DNA of 64,000 nt from Candidatus Krumholzibacteriia bacterium (GCA_050174015.1 JBFXKG010000018.1:25510-89509); one strand, 5' to 3'; positions 1 through 10,770 are shown, numbered from the stretch's first letter. Notes: generated by a model not told the origin, from the letters alone. A program made the numbers and translations.

Positions 1-2
1 AG

Positions 3-1016
3 GCCGTCCACGGTCCGGTCCTGGAGCGTGTCCCCGGCTTGGACCGGATCCACCTCCTGGATTCCCGCAGGCGGGGAGCGGACGCGCGGGCGCGCGGCAG
101 CCATCCGGAGGGTGTCGACGCCGGCGCCGGAACCCCGGGCACCGTCCTGGCCCTGAGGGCCGCGCGCTACGATCTCGCCTGTGATCTCTTCTTCAACCCG
201 CGCAGCGCCTGGCTGCTGTGGAGCGCCGGCATTCCGCTGCGGATCGGGGGAAGCGCCGGATGGCGCCGTCGCCTCTATACCCGTTCGGTCCGCCCCGAGG
301 AACTGTCGCCGGCCCACCGGGAGATCCTCCGGGCCCTCGCCCCCGGCGGACTGGGAGACCACCTCTGCCGCCTGGCCCCTCTCCGGCACGTGGAAACGGG
401 GCTGCCGTTCCTGGATTGGCTCGAACGGGCCGGGCCGGCCCGGCCGCTGAGGCCTCGGCTTCGACGCTCGGATTCCCCCGACCGGGTTCCGGCCGCGCTG
501 ACGGCTCTGGGAATCCGTCCGGGAGAGGATTACCTCGTCCTGGTCCCCGGCGCCACCTGGGCGACCAAGGAATGGCCTCTGGCCTGCTGGCGGGAGTTGA
601 TCGATCTGCTGGCCAAGGCGGGACGATCGCCGCTGGCCGTCGTCCTGCCGCCTGGAAAGGAGGCCGCCTGGGCCCCGCTGGCCGGGGCGATCCCTGCCGG
701 GTTTGGGGGATTGCTGCCGGGCCTGCCGCTCGGCGAGGTCCTGGACGTCATCTCCGGCGCGACGGGGGTCGTCAGCGTGGACGGCGGGATCATGCACGCG
801 GCCGTCGGGCTGGGCCGGCCGACCGTCGGGCTTTTCGGTCCCACCGATCCCGGCGTCTGGTTCCCCTACGAAGGGGCGGGCCCCTTCAGGGTCCTGGCCA
901 CGCGGCCGGATTGCCATCCCTGCAATCTCCACGACTGCGACCGCTTCGTCTGTCTGCCGGAGTTGACGGCGGTCCGGGTTGCGCGGACACTGGACCAGGT
1001 CCTGACCATGGGCTGA
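3..1016 (+). CDS. Glycosyltransferase family 9 (heptosyltransferase-like), 5' end outside window
   Basis: Frame is open from the window edge. GT9 motifs PGATWATKEWP, VSVDGGIMHAAVGLGRPTVGLFGPT and C-terminal CHPC...C...C. Confidence 0.85.
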   Translation, partial: AVHGPVLERVPGLDRIHLLDSRRRGADARARGSHPEGVDAGAGTPGTVLALRAARYDLACDLFFNPRSAWLLWSAGIPLRIGGSAGWRRRLYTRSVRPEELSPAHREILRALAPGGLGDHLCRLAPLRHVETGLPFLDWLERAGPARPLRPRLRRSDSPDRVPAALTALGIRPGEDYLVLVPGATWATKEWPLACWRELIDLLAKAGRSPLAVVLPPGKEAAWAPLAGAIPAGFGGLLPGLPLGEVLDVISGATGVVSVDGGIMHAAVGLGRPTVGLFGPTDPGVWFPYEGAGPFRVLATRPDCHPCNLHDCDRFVCLPELTAVRVARTLDQVLTMG

Positions 1017-1137
1017 TGCGTCCCGGCGGCAGGGAAAAGGGGGGGAAGGGAACCCCGCGCCCGGCGCCGGGTTCAAGGATGATCAGGCAATCGACGGGCA
1101 AGGTCCGATCCCGTCGGGAAGGAATGAGGTCCGTTCG

Positions 1138-1956
1138 ATGACAAGGATGCCCACGGCGCCCAAGCCACGAACCATCGGTTACTGCGCCGTCCTTGCGGCC
1201 GGCCTCCTTTTCGCCGGCTCGGCGCCCGCCCAGTCCCCGGACCGTGATCCTGCCGAGGCTCCCGTTCCCGCGCCGACCGTGTTCGGACCGGGCGAGAAGT
1301 TCACCTTCAACATCACCTACGGACCCATCTCGGCCGGGGAGGCGACCCTCGAGATCCTGGACGTCATCGACTTCCACGGCCGGCGCTGCTACCAGATCGA
1401 AAGCAAGGCCAACAGCAACCGGTTCTTCTCCTCCTTCTACAAGGTGCGGGATCGGATCCTCAGCTACATCGACGTCGAGACCCTCCAGTCCCGATACTTC
1501 TTCAAACGCCTGCGCGAAGGCGACTACAAGAAGACCGTGGAGGTGATCTTCGACCAGGACAACGGGAAGGTTCTGTACGCCGACGGCGACGAGCTGCCGA
1601 CGGCCCGGGGCGTCCAGGACGTCCTGTCTGCCTTCTACTACGTCAGGAACCTGGACCTCGAGGTGGGGCGGGAGTTCAGCGTGCCGGCCCACAGTTCACG
1701 CAAGACCTACGACCTCAAGGTCCTGATCCACGGCAGGGAGACGGTGGAGGTGGCCGCGGGCACCTTCGCCTGTTTCGTCGTCGAACCCATGATCGAGGGC
1801 GACGGCCTCTTCAAGCACGAGGGTAAACTCACCCTCTACATTACCGATGACAAATCCCGGATACCTGTCATGATCAAGACCAAGGTGCCCGTGGGCACCA
1901 TCGACGTCGAACTCAAGGAATTCCAACTCGGCCAACCCCTTTCGCCCCGGCCGTAA
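1138..1956 (+). CDS. DUF3108-type exported protein
   Basis: Signal peptide, GEKFTFNITYGPISAGEATL, QDVLSAFYYVR, AGTFACF, LYITDDKSRIPV; GAGG RBS. Confidence 0.75.
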   Translation: MTRMPTAPKPRTIGYCAVLAAGLLFAGSAPAQSPDRDPAEAPVPAPTVFGPGEKFTFNITYGPISAGEATLEILDVIDFHGRRCYQIESKANSNRFFSSFYKVRDRILSYIDVETLQSRYFFKRLREGDYKKTVEVIFDQDNGKVLYADGDELPTARGVQDVLSAFYYVRNLDLEVGREFSVPAHSSRKTYDLKVLIHGRETVEVAAGTFACFVVEPMIEGDGLFKHEGKLTLYITDDKSRIPVMIKTKVPVGTIDVELKEFQLGQPLSPRP

Positions 1957-1960
1957 GGCG

Positions 1961-3541
1961 GTGAGGTGCAGCGTGAACCCGACCAACGCGGCCGGCGAAG
2001 TCGGCTTGCCCCGCCCGGACTGGCTCAACGACCCGGAAGAGGAGGGGGAACTCCTCTCGCCGGGTTTTCTGTTGGCCGCCACCCTGCTGGCCGCGCTGCT
2101 GCGGTTCCACCACCTGACCTACCCCTCCCTCTGGGTCGACGAGCTGATGACCTGGAACCATATCCGGCCGGGGGCGGGGCTGGTCTTCTTCGAGCAGATC
2201 AGGGATGCGATCCAGGGCCCGCTCTACCAGGCGGTCGCCTGGGTCCTGGTCCGTGCGAAGGACGATCCGGAACTCATGCTGAGACTGCCCTCCGCCTTGG
2301 CCGGCATCGCGGCCGTCCCCCTGCTGGGCGTCGTCGCTGCCAGGCTCTGGGACCGACGGACGGGGCATTGGGCGGCCCTGCTGCTGGCGATCAACCCCTT
2401 CCACATCTGGTACAGCCAGGAGGGGCGGGGGTACGCCGTCATGATCCTTTTCTGCATCCTGGCAGGCCGCCTTTTCCTGGTCATGCAGCAGGAGGGCGCG
2501 ACGTGGCGGCGCGTCCTGCTGCTGGCCCTGGCGGGGGCGGGAGCGATGGCCGGCAACCTCGCGGCCGTCTTCCTGTGGGTCGCCCTCGGGTCGACCTGGC
2601 TGTTCTGGGTCGGGCCCGGCCGTTCGCGGCGCCCCTTGCTCTGGCTGACCGCCTTCGCCGGCGGCATGGTCCTGGTGATTCCCTGGCTGCTGGAAGCCGG
2701 CGGCATCTGGGCCGTCGACCGGATCGTACCCGGATCCGGAACGGGGGAGGCTCTGCGGGGCGAGTCCACCTTCACCATCCTGGCGATCCCCTACAGCTTC
2801 TTCAGCTACGTCTTCGGATTCAGCCTGGGGCCGTCCCTCGCCGAACTGCACCTTCAGGGGGCCGGCGCCATCCTGCGTGAACACTGGCCATGGCTGGCGG
2901 GGGGGGCGATTCCCGCGATCGTTTTCGGGGCGGCCGCCCTGGGCGGCCTCGGCCGCAGGAGGCTGTTCCTCCTGCTGTGGATCGGGGTGCCCCTGGCGAT
3001 CCTGACCGTGCTGGCCGTCCGCAACATCAAGCCCTGGAACGCGAGATACGCGGCGGCAGCCATGCCCTGGGTCGTCGTCCTGCTGGCCGCGGGCGCGGCG
3101 CGATTGCGGCCGCGTCTGCAGGCGGTCATGGGCATCTGGTTCGTCGGATTGACCCTGGCCTCCCTGGCGGGATACTATTGGGACGGTCGGTACGCCAAGG
3201 AGGACGTCCGGGCCGCAGCGTCCTACCTGGAGGCGGCGAACGCCGCCGGGGAACCCGTTCTGGTTCCCTCGGTCACCGAGGTCTTTTCGTTCTACTATTC
3301 CGGACCCGGAGCGGTGATCGATTCCTTCAACCAGCCCCCCCTGGACGGTCAGGCGGCGGCCCGCAGCTTCCTCCGCGGCAAGCTCGGGGAAGCCGACGGA
3401 TTCTGGGTGGTCTGGGCCCGGCCCTGGTTCCTCGACCCGGGGGGATTCCTGCTGGAAACCCTGGCGACCGACGGCCGGCTGGAGGCCGAATTCGCGGCCG
3501 ACGGGGTGGAAGTTATGCACTGGCGGCGCCGGGCGGAGTGA
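1961..3541 (+). CDS. GT39/ArnT-PMT-like membrane glycosyltransferase
   Basis: LRF...SLWVDE, LRLPS, PFHIWYSQEGRGY and many TM segments. Start may be the GTG at 1973. Confidence 0.8.
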   Translation: MRCSVNPTNAAGEVGLPRPDWLNDPEEEGELLSPGFLLAATLLAALLRFHHLTYPSLWVDELMTWNHIRPGAGLVFFEQIRDAIQGPLYQAVAWVLVRAKDDPELMLRLPSALAGIAAVPLLGVVAARLWDRRTGHWAALLLAINPFHIWYSQEGRGYAVMILFCILAGRLFLVMQQEGATWRRVLLLALAGAGAMAGNLAAVFLWVALGSTWLFWVGPGRSRRPLLWLTAFAGGMVLVIPWLLEAGGIWAVDRIVPGSGTGEALRGESTFTILAIPYSFFSYVFGFSLGPSLAELHLQGAGAILREHWPWLAGGAIPAIVFGAAALGGLGRRRLFLLLWIGVPLAILTVLAVRNIKPWNARYAAAAMPWVVVLLAAGAARLRPRLQAVMGIWFVGLTLASLAGYYWDGRYAKEDVRAAASYLEAANAAGEPVLVPSVTEVFSFYYSGPGAVIDSFNQPPLDGQAAARSFLRGKLGEADGFWVVWARPWFLDPGGFLLETLATDGRLEAEFAADGVEVMHWRRRAE

Positions 3542-3544
3542 TGG

Positions 3545-4234
3545 ATGAAGAAGGCGTATTTCTACGGGGACAGGCAGGGGTTCTTCGATTTCATCGCGGA
3601 CGTGCGCGAGGGATACGTGGTGGCCTCGTCGCCCGGCTATCTGGTCGTCAAGAGGCTCCTCGACATCCTGGCCTCCCTGGTCGGGCTCCTGTTGATCCTG
3701 CCGCTGTTCCCGTTCATCGTGATCCTGATCAAGCTCGAGACCCCCGGGCCCATCCTCTTCAAGCAGATCAGGGTGGGGAAGGACGGGGTGCTCTTCAACT
3801 GCTACAAGTTCCGCAGCATGTGCCTGGACGCCGAGGTGCGCAAGGACGAGTTCCAGCACCTGAACGAGGCCACCGGCGCGGCGTTCAAGATCAAGGACGA
3901 CCCCCGGATCACCGGGGTCGGGCGTTTCCTGCGACAGAGCAGCCTCGACGAATTCCCGCAGCTTTTCAACGTCCTCCGGGGCGACATGAGCATCGTCGGC
4001 CCTCGCCCCCAGATCCCCGCGGAGGTGGAGGCCTACTCGCCCGCCCACGCCCGCCGGCTGATCGTCAAGCCGGGACTGACCTGCCTGTGGCAGGTCTCCG
4101 GCCGCAGCCACCTCGATTTCGAGGACTGGATGGAACTGGACCAGGAATACGTCCGCCTGCGCAGCCTCCGGTTCGACTTCCAGGTCCTGGCCCGGACCCT
4201 GCCGGCGGTCATCGAACGCAAGGGCGCCTATTGA
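3545..4234 (+). CDS. Bacterial sugar transferase (polyprenyl-phosphate phosphoglycosyl transferase)
   Basis: KRLLDI, YKFRSM, DDPRITGVGRFLRQSSLDEFPQLFNVLRGDMSIVGPRP, KPGLTCLWQVSGRS. Confidence 0.92.
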   Translation: MKKAYFYGDRQGFFDFIADVREGYVVASSPGYLVVKRLLDILASLVGLLLILPLFPFIVILIKLETPGPILFKQIRVGKDGVLFNCYKFRSMCLDAEVRKDEFQHLNEATGAAFKIKDDPRITGVGRFLRQSSLDEFPQLFNVLRGDMSIVGPRPQIPAEVEAYSPAHARRLIVKPGLTCLWQVSGRSHLDFEDWMELDQEYVRLRSLRFDFQVLARTLPAVIERKGAY

Positions 4235-4247
4235 CCGGGGGAAGGAC

Positions 4248-4276
4248 TTGGCGCTGCCCAGCCCATGTGATAGATT
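4248..4276 (+). promoter_or_regulatory. Putative sigma70 promoter for the PhzF-family gene
   Basis: TTGGCG-N17-TAGATT with extended TG. Confidence 0.5.
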
Positions 4277-4339
4277 CTATATCTTGCTACTCGAGCCCCA
4301 CCGGGTCCGACGGTGTGCAGGAGGAGTGTGTCTTCCCCC

Positions 4340-5251
4340 ATGGTGCTGGAATACCTGCTGATCGACGTCTTCACCGACCGCCCGTTCGGAGGCAGCCGTC
4401 TCTACCTTTTTCCTGACGGTTCCCAGGTCCCGCCGGACCTGATGCAGGACATCGCCCAGGAACTCGGCGCAGGGGAGACGGCCTTCATCGTTCCGGTGCG
4501 AGGCGGCAAGAACGACCGCTCCCGGTTGAGGGTCTTCACTCCGGCCGCCGAGATCCCCTTCGGGGGGCATTCGGTCCTGGGCGCCACCTTCGCCCTGGAC
4601 ACCCTGGAGCGCCGGGACGACCTCGCCCGGTCGGCGCCGTTCACCTGGCAGCTCGAAGCGGGCGATTACCAGGTCGTCACCCTCGGGGAGGGCAGGGAAC
4701 GGGCCTACGGGCTGATCCAGGGCCAGCCGGTTTTCATGGGCCAGTACTTCCACCGGGCCAAGGTCGCCCGGACCCTGGGCATCGCCGAGGACGACATCGC
4801 GATCACGGGCCTCCCCTGCGAGATCATCTCCACCGGATTGCCCATCCACATCGTTCCGGTCGCCGGCCTCGAGGTGATGCAGGCCATCAATCTTCGGCGC
4901 CGGGACGCCGACGATATCGCCCGGGACCTGGGCTTCGGCGACCTGTTCGTGTTCACGTGCGAAACCGTCGATCCCCGGGCGGACGTGCATTGCCGCATGT
5001 TCGCCCCGCACTTCGGGATACCCGAGGATGCGGCCAGCGGCGCCGCCACCGGCGCCCTCGCCGCCTATCTCATCAAGCACCGCCTGATCAAGCTGAGCGA
5101 TCGGGTGCGCATCGTCAGCGAGCAGGGCCTGGAAATGGGCCGCCCCAGCCGGATCATCGCCGAGGCCTCCGTATCCGGGGGACGGGCGGTTTCGGTCCAG
5201 GTCGGCGGCCATTGCGTCCTGGTCGGTTCCGGAACCATCATCATCCCTTGA
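4340..5251 (+). CDS. PhzF family isomerase/epimerase
   Basis: IDVFTDRPFGG, ETAF, RVFTPAAEIPFGGH, RMFAPHFGIPEDAASG, EQGLEMGRPS; GAGGAG upstream of ATG 4340. Confidence 0.9.
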   Translation: MVLEYLLIDVFTDRPFGGSRLYLFPDGSQVPPDLMQDIAQELGAGETAFIVPVRGGKNDRSRLRVFTPAAEIPFGGHSVLGATFALDTLERRDDLARSAPFTWQLEAGDYQVVTLGEGRERAYGLIQGQPVFMGQYFHRAKVARTLGIAEDDIAITGLPCEIISTGLPIHIVPVAGLEVMQAINLRRRDADDIARDLGFGDLFVFTCETVDPRADVHCRMFAPHFGIPEDAASGAATGALAAYLIKHRLIKLSDRVRIVSEQGLEMGRPSRIIAEASVSGGRAVSVQVGGHCVLVGSGTIIIP

Positions 5252-5295
5252 GTCGGACGCCGACGGCGGCCGCCGCTTCACGAAAGGCAGCATCC

Positions 5296-6945
5296 ATGAA
5301 TGTTCCCGCCGGATTGTCTCCCGAGATGTGCGACATGGTCATCCAGACCCTCCGTCAGGTCGTTTCCCGGGACATGCCCGACGAGAAGATCCTTCACCTC
5401 GACGAGGCCGACGAGTGCCCCGTCGACATCGTCAGACGCCTGCTATCCCCGGATGTCGGCCTGCACCTGATCTTCCTGCCCGAGGACGTGGGGGGGCTCG
5501 GAGGCGGGGCGCGCGACATCTGCCGGGTCAGCGAGCAGATGGCCGCCATCGATCTGGGGTTGGCCACGGCGTTCCTGGCGATCCTCCTGGGGACCGATCC
5601 CATCCTGGTCGGGGGGACGCCGGAGCAGAAGCAGCGGTGGCTGTCCCGCATCGCGACCGAAGGGATCATCGTGGCCTACGGCGTCACCGAACCGGAAGCC
5701 GGCAGCAACGTGGCCTCGCTGAAGACCACCGCCGACCGCATCCTCGACTCCGAAGGCAACCTCGCCGGCTATCGTCTCAACGGCACCAAGCAGTTCATCA
5801 CCAACGGCGGCGTGGCCGACCTCTACACCATACTGGCCAAGACGCCCGAGGGCCCCAGCTTCTTCGTCGTGGAACGGGGCGTTCCGGGGCTGGAGGTCGG
5901 CAGGCACGAGGACAAGCACGGCATCCGGGCCAGCAACACCACCGGCGTGGTGCTGGAGGACGTCGAGGTTCCCCTGGACAACCTGATCGGGCTGACCGAG
6001 GGCCAGGGACTCAAGCAGGCCAACGCCGTGTTCGGCTATACCCGCCTGATGGTCGGCGCCTTCGGCCTGGGCTGCGGGCAGGCCTGCCTCGACCGCGCCC
6101 TGGCATACGGCAAGACGCGTGAGCAGTTCGGGTCGCCCCTGGTGGAGAAGGAGGGCTACCTCTTCAAGCTGCTGGTGGACAACTGGGTGGACCTCGAGGC
6201 GGGGCGGGCGTACATGGAACGGGTCGCCCTGCGCATCGACGAGGGCGGTCACGACATGGGGACCGAGGGCGCCATCGCCAAGCTGTGGTGCACCGAGGCG
6301 GGCAACCGGGCGGCCGATTCGGCCATCCAGGCTCTCGGCGGGTACGGTTACACGCGCGAGTACATGGTGGAGAAGATCCGGCGGGACGTGCGGATCACCA
6401 CCATCTACGAGGGGACGAGCGAGATCCAGCAGAGCATCATCGCCATGTACCGGTGGAAGGAGACGGTCCGGTCCAAAGGCGCCTACTACGAGGATCTGGC
6501 CGTCCGCATGGACGAGGTCCACGCCTCGGCCCCGCAGCTCGGCGCCGACCTGGCGGCCCGGGCCCTGAGGGCCGTGAACGCCACCGTCCAGCACATGCAC
6601 GCCCGCAAGCTCACCAGGAGCCAGATCGTGATGTTCACCTTCGCCGACATGATGGCCATGGCGGAGGTCGCCGGCGCCCTGGTCGAGAAGGCGGCCGACC
6701 TGGCTGCGGCGGGGCACGCCCGGGCCGGCTACTTCGGCGCCGTCAGCCGGGTCTTCACCCGCAAGCTGACCGGGATCGTCCGGGCCGGGGCCGAACGTTG
6801 CGCCACCGGCCTGGCAGACGGGGATGAGACGGGGGACGGGGCGTCCCTCCTGGAGACCGTGGGCGGCCTGCTCCCTCCCGGCATCGGCAGCGGGCTGTGG
6901 GCGGCCATGGATGAAGTGGGTCGGGATCTCAAGGCCGGGAAGTGA
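5296..6945 (+). CDS. Acyl-CoA dehydrogenase with C-terminal helical extension
   Basis: TEPEAGSN, LNGTKQFITNG, KHGIRAS, REQFG, QALGGYGYTREY, IYEGTSEIQ. Start taken at ATG 5296. Confidence 0.92.
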   Translation: MNVPAGLSPEMCDMVIQTLRQVVSRDMPDEKILHLDEADECPVDIVRRLLSPDVGLHLIFLPEDVGGLGGGARDICRVSEQMAAIDLGLATAFLAILLGTDPILVGGTPEQKQRWLSRIATEGIIVAYGVTEPEAGSNVASLKTTADRILDSEGNLAGYRLNGTKQFITNGGVADLYTILAKTPEGPSFFVVERGVPGLEVGRHEDKHGIRASNTTGVVLEDVEVPLDNLIGLTEGQGLKQANAVFGYTRLMVGAFGLGCGQACLDRALAYGKTREQFGSPLVEKEGYLFKLLVDNWVDLEAGRAYMERVALRIDEGGHDMGTEGAIAKLWCTEAGNRAADSAIQALGGYGYTREYMVEKIRRDVRITTIYEGTSEIQQSIIAMYRWKETVRSKGAYYEDLAVRMDEVHASAPQLGADLAARALRAVNATVQHMHARKLTRSQIVMFTFADMMAMAEVAGALVEKAADLAAAGHARAGYFGAVSRVFTRKLTGIVRAGAERCATGLADGDETGDGASLLETVGGLLPPGIGSGLWAAMDEVGRDLKAGK

Positions 6946-6946
6946 C

Positions 6947-7759
6947 ATGGAAAGCACCGGGGGCAACATCCATCACAATCTCGCACGCTGGCGAGGCCTT
7001 CAGGACACCCGGCCCCAGGGCAAGGGTTTCGCCCGGCTGGCCGAACTCCTCCATCGCTGCGGACGCCACGACGAAGCCCTGGCCGTGCTCCAGGAAGGCC
7101 TGCAGCGCCACCCCGGATTCCAGGCCGGCCTGGTCGTCCTGGGCCGGGTGCTTCTCGATCTCGGGCGGCCGGACGACGCCGTGGCGGTGCTGGACCGGGT
7201 CCTGGACGAGGATCCGGAGAACTGCTCGGCCCTGGGAATGCTCGTCGAGGAGGCCAGCCTCCGCCGGGACTGGGACGCGGCCAGCCGCCACCTGGAAGCC
7301 CTGGTGGTCCTGCAACCCGGACACCAGGTCTGGCGGGACAGGCTGCAGGACGTCCGAGAGCGTTCCAGGCTTGCCCCGGGCGAAAGGAAGGACCGTCCCT
7401 CCCCGCCGACTGAATCCGCTCCGGTCGATCGCCCCGGAGGCGATCTGGCGACCATGACCCTGGTGGACATCTACCTCGCCCAGGGCTACACAGGCAAGGC
7501 CGTGGCAGCCCTGCGCCGGATGGCGGCCGTCGCTCCCCACCGGGACGACGTGAGACGCCGTCTCGCCGAGCTCGAAGGGGCGGCCGCCGCCCCCGGGGCC
7601 GCGGCAGGGAACTCGGGAGAGCCTCCTGCGACCGGGGATCCCGATCCCGACCGGCTCGCCGTCGCCCGCCGCCGGTCCCAGGATCGACGGGCCGCGGACA
7701 AGGCCCAGTTCCAGACCTGGCTGGCCAACATCAACAAGGGCCGGGAGCGAACGCCATGA
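6947..7759 (+). CDS. Tetratricopeptide repeat protein
   Basis: TPR-like helices (FARLAELL...EALAVLQEGL...HP; LGRVLLDLG; TLVDIYLAQG). Confidence 0.75.
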   Translation: MESTGGNIHHNLARWRGLQDTRPQGKGFARLAELLHRCGRHDEALAVLQEGLQRHPGFQAGLVVLGRVLLDLGRPDDAVAVLDRVLDEDPENCSALGMLVEEASLRRDWDAASRHLEALVVLQPGHQVWRDRLQDVRERSRLAPGERKDRPSPPTESAPVDRPGGDLATMTLVDIYLAQGYTGKAVAALRRMAAVAPHRDDVRRRLAELEGAAAAPGAAAGNSGEPPATGDPDPDRLAVARRRSQDRRAADKAQFQTWLANINKGRERTP

Positions 7760-8208
7760 CGGCGCGGATCAGCATCCTCGGGGGCCCCAACCTCGATCGC
7801 CTCGGGGTCCGGGAGCCCCGGATCTACGGCACGACCAGCTGGGAGGAGCTGGAGGTCCTCTGCCGTGAATGGGCGGCGGACCTCGGATTCGCGATCGATT
7901 TCCGCCAGACGAACGGGGAGGGGGATCTGGTGGGGATGATCCACGCGGCCCGGGAGACCAGCTCGGGTCTGATCCTCAACGCGGCGGCCTACACCCACAC
8001 CTCCGTGGCGGTCAGGGACGCCGTCCTGACCCTGGATATCCCCGTGATCGAACTCCACTTGACCAACCCCGCGGCCCGGGAGGAATTCCGCCGCCGCAAC
8101 TTCCTGGCCGACATCGTGACCGCCACCATTGCGGGGTTCGGGCCCCGCGGTTACCGTCTGGCGCTGGAGGGGATGGCCGCCCTGCTGGAGCGGAAGGCCG
8201 GGTCCTGA
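7756..8208 (+). CDS. aroQ: Type II 3-dehydroquinate dehydratase
   Basis: GPNLDRLGVREPRIYG, NAAAYTHTSVA, IELHLTN, REEFR. Confidence 0.95.
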   Translation: MTARISILGGPNLDRLGVREPRIYGTTSWEELEVLCREWAADLGFAIDFRQTNGEGDLVGMIHAARETSSGLILNAAAYTHTSVAVRDAVLTLDIPVIELHLTNPAAREEFRRRNFLADIVTATIAGFGPRGYRLALEGMAALLERKAGS

Positions 8209-8232
8209 ACCCTCCCGCCCGGGCTTGATTGA

Positions 8233-8261
8233 TTGCCAAGGGCACCGCTGCGTGTTATCAA
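8233..8261 (+). promoter_or_regulatory. Putative sigma70 promoter for efp-accB
   Basis: TTGCCA-N17-TATCAA with extended TG. Confidence 0.5.
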
Positions 8262-8336
8262 TGGGCGAGTTTTTCCAGTCCGGGGGCCGGGGGGCCTCCG
8301 GTGAAACCCTGGTTTTGGCTCCAAGGAGAGGGTCAA

Positions 8337-8894
8337 GTGGCCGACACAAGCGATTTCCGGACGGGGTACACCATCCGGCACAAGAGTGGCCTGTGGTCCA
8401 TCATGGAATTCCAGCACGTCAAGCCCGGCAAAGGCGGGGCGTTCGTGCGGACGCGCATGAAGAACATCGAGAACGGGAAGGTCGTCGAGCACACGTTCCG
8501 CGCCGGTGAAAAGGTCGAGGAAGTCCGGCTCGAGCGCCGGTCCTACCAATATCTGTATCCCGAGGGCGATTATTATGTTTTCATGAACCTGGAGAATTAC
8601 GAGCAGATCCAGCTCCACGAGGACACCCTGGGCGACGTTCCGCTCTACATCAAGGAAAGCGACACGTGCAGCCTGCTGTTGCTCGAGGGCAAGCCGCTCT
8701 CGGTGGAACCGCCCCTGACGGTCGAACTGGCCGTCAAGCAGACCGATCCCGGGGTGCGTGGCGACACCGCCCAGGGCGGGTCGAAGCCTGCCACCATGGA
8801 GACCGGCCTCGTCGTTCAGGTTCCGCTCTTCATCGAGGAAGGGGAGGTCCTGAAGATCGACTCCCGGACCGGAAAATACCTGGGGAGGGTTTGA
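8337..8894 (+). CDS. efp: Elongation factor P
   Basis: [41 protein letters not shown]; GTG start after AAGGAG. Confidence 0.97.
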   Translation: MADTSDFRTGYTIRHKSGLWSIMEFQHVKPGKGGAFVRTRMKNIENGKVVEHTFRAGEKVEEVRLERRSYQYLYPEGDYYVFMNLENYEQIQLHEDTLGDVPLYIKESDTCSLLLLEGKPLSVEPPLTVELAVKQTDPGVRGDTAQGGSKPATMETGLVVQVPLFIEEGEVLKIDSRTGKYLGRV

Positions 8895-8928
8895 GATGGC
8901 CAACGCAAGGCGAAGCGGAGAGGATCAG

Positions 8929-9405
8929 ATGGACATCAAGAAGGTCCGGGAACTCGTCAAACTTGTCGAAGAAAGTGGAATCGAGGAACTGGAGGTGTCC
9001 CACAAGGACACGACCATTCGGATCCAGAAGTCGGCGCGCCTTGCCCAGGGTCATGCGACCTTCCACCATGCTCCGGCCATGATGCCGGCCGCAGTACCGG
9101 CCGGCGAGCCCGCGTCCGGACCCGCAGCCGATCCTGCCCCCGCGGCGGATCCCATCCGGGCCAAGTGGCGCGACGTCAGGTCGCCCATCGTGGGCACCTT
9201 CTACCGCGCCCCGTCTCCGGACACGGACCCCTTCATCAAGGTGGGGGACGTGGTCCGACCCGGCCAGACCCTCTGCATCGTCGAGGCCATGAAGGTCATG
9301 AACGAGATCGAGGCGGAATTCGGGGGGACCGTGAAGGAAATTCTCGTGGAAAACGGACAACCCGTTGAGGCTGAAGCAATTCTGTTTCTGGTGGATCCCT
9401 CCTGA
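8929..9405 (+). CDS. accB: Acetyl-CoA carboxylase biotin carboxyl carrier protein
   Basis: [22 protein letters not shown] biotinylation motif, Ala/Pro linker. Confidence 0.96.
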   Translation: MDIKKVRELVKLVEESGIEELEVSHKDTTIRIQKSARLAQGHATFHHAPAMMPAAVPAGEPASGPAADPAPAADPIRAKWRDVRSPIVGTFYRAPSPDTDPFIKVGDVVRPGQTLCIVEAMKVMNEIEAEFGGTVKEILVENGQPVEAEAILFLVDPS

Positions 9406-9574
9406 AAAACGACGGACCCTCCTGATGTCTCCTGGAGCCCGGCCCCGGCCGGGCTTCTCGTTTCGTCCCGCCCGGTAATCACCTCAAGGATCGGAGTTTC
9501 CGGCCGATGGTATCAGGGAGAAGCGCCGGATTGTCCGGCCCCTGATCACCGTATGCCCGAGGAGCCCGTCCCGG

Positions 9575-10714
9575 ATGGATATCAAGCGCATCCTCACCGA
9601 AATGATCGAGCGGGGGGCCAGCGACCTCCACCTGAAGGTGGCGACCCCGCCCGTCCTGCGCATCAACGGCAGCCTGGTCCAGGCAGACTATCCCGCCCCC
9701 ACCATCCAGGAGATGCTGGCGGTCACGCAGCAAATCCTGACACCGGGGCAGCGCGAGAGCTTCGAGCGGACCCGGGAGATCGATTTCGCCTTCGGCGTGC
9801 CCGGGGTGGCCAGGTTCCGGGCCAACTTCTACGTCCAGCGGGGAAGCGTGGCCATGGTCTTCCGCCACGTCCCCGTGGAGATCCGCAGCCCCGAGGAGCT
9901 CGGCCTGCCCCCGGTGGTCAAGGACCTGGCGGTCCGGCCCCGGGGCATGATCCTGGTGACCGGCACCGTGGGCAGCGGCAAGAGCACGACCCTGGCGTCC
10001 ATGGTCGACATCATCAACCGGGATTGCGCCCGCCACGTGATCACCATCGAGGACCCCATCGAGTTCCTGCACAAGGACCGCAGGAGCATCATCAGCCAGC
10101 GCGAAGTCGGCTGCGACACCGAGAGTTACAGCGACGCCTTGAGATACGTCCTGCGGCAGGATCCGGACGTCGTGCTGATCGGGGAGATCCGGGATGCGGA
10201 ATCCATGAAGATCGCCCTGACGGCCGCCGACACCGGGCACCTGGTGCTGAGCACCATGCACACCACCGACGCGACCCAGACCATCAGCCGCATCATCTCG
10301 TTCTTCCCTCCCCACCAGCAGCAGGAGATCCGCTACCTGCTGGCCTCGACCCTGCAGGCGGTCATCAGCCAGAGGCTGGTGGCGGACATCGACGGATTGC
10401 AGCGGTACCCGGCCTGCGAGATCCTCATCACCACCAGCACCATCCGGGAATACATCCGGGATCCCGAGAAGACCGTGCTGATCCGGCAGGCCATCCAGGA
10501 AGGTTTCGTCCAGTACCAGATGCAGACCTTCGACCAGTCCCTGATGCAGCTCTACCGGGAGGGTCTGGTGAGCCTCGACATCGCCACCCGGGCCAGCAGC
10601 AATCCTCACGAGTTCCTCTTGCGGATCAAGGGCATCCAGGGGAGTTCGGACACCACCTGGGACAGGTTCGAAAAGGAAACCCAGGAAGAGAGTCCGGAGA
10701 TCTCGAGGATCTGA
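9575..10714 (+). CDS. pilT: PilT/PilU-family type IV pilus retraction ATPase
   Basis: ASDLHL, RFRANFY, Walker A GTVGSGKST, TIEDPIE, LRQDPDVVLIGEIRD, TGHLVLSTMHT, MQTFDQSL. Confidence 0.88.
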   Translation: MDIKRILTEMIERGASDLHLKVATPPVLRINGSLVQADYPAPTIQEMLAVTQQILTPGQRESFERTREIDFAFGVPGVARFRANFYVQRGSVAMVFRHVPVEIRSPEELGLPPVVKDLAVRPRGMILVTGTVGSGKSTTLASMVDIINRDCARHVITIEDPIEFLHKDRRSIISQREVGCDTESYSDALRYVLRQDPDVVLIGEIRDAESMKIALTAADTGHLVLSTMHTTDATQTISRIISFFPPHQQQEIRYLLASTLQAVISQRLVADIDGLQRYPACEILITTSTIREYIRDPEKTVLIRQAIQEGFVQYQMQTFDQSLMQLYREGLVSLDIATRASSNPHEFLLRIKGIQGSSDTTWDRFEKETQEESPEISRI

Positions 10715-10740
10715 TCCCGTCCGAGTCCCTGTCACCACCC

Positions 10741-10770
10741 CGGCCCTCCTTGCGGAGGGCCGTTTTCTCT
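10741..10770 (+). terminator. Rho-independent terminator after pilT
   Basis: CGGCCCTCC-TTGC-GGAGGGCCG followed by TTTTCTCT. Confidence 0.8.

Noticed and set aside
4340-5251. Phenazine biosynthesis cluster
   Set aside because: Lone PhzF-family gene with no other phz genes; such orphans are widespread.
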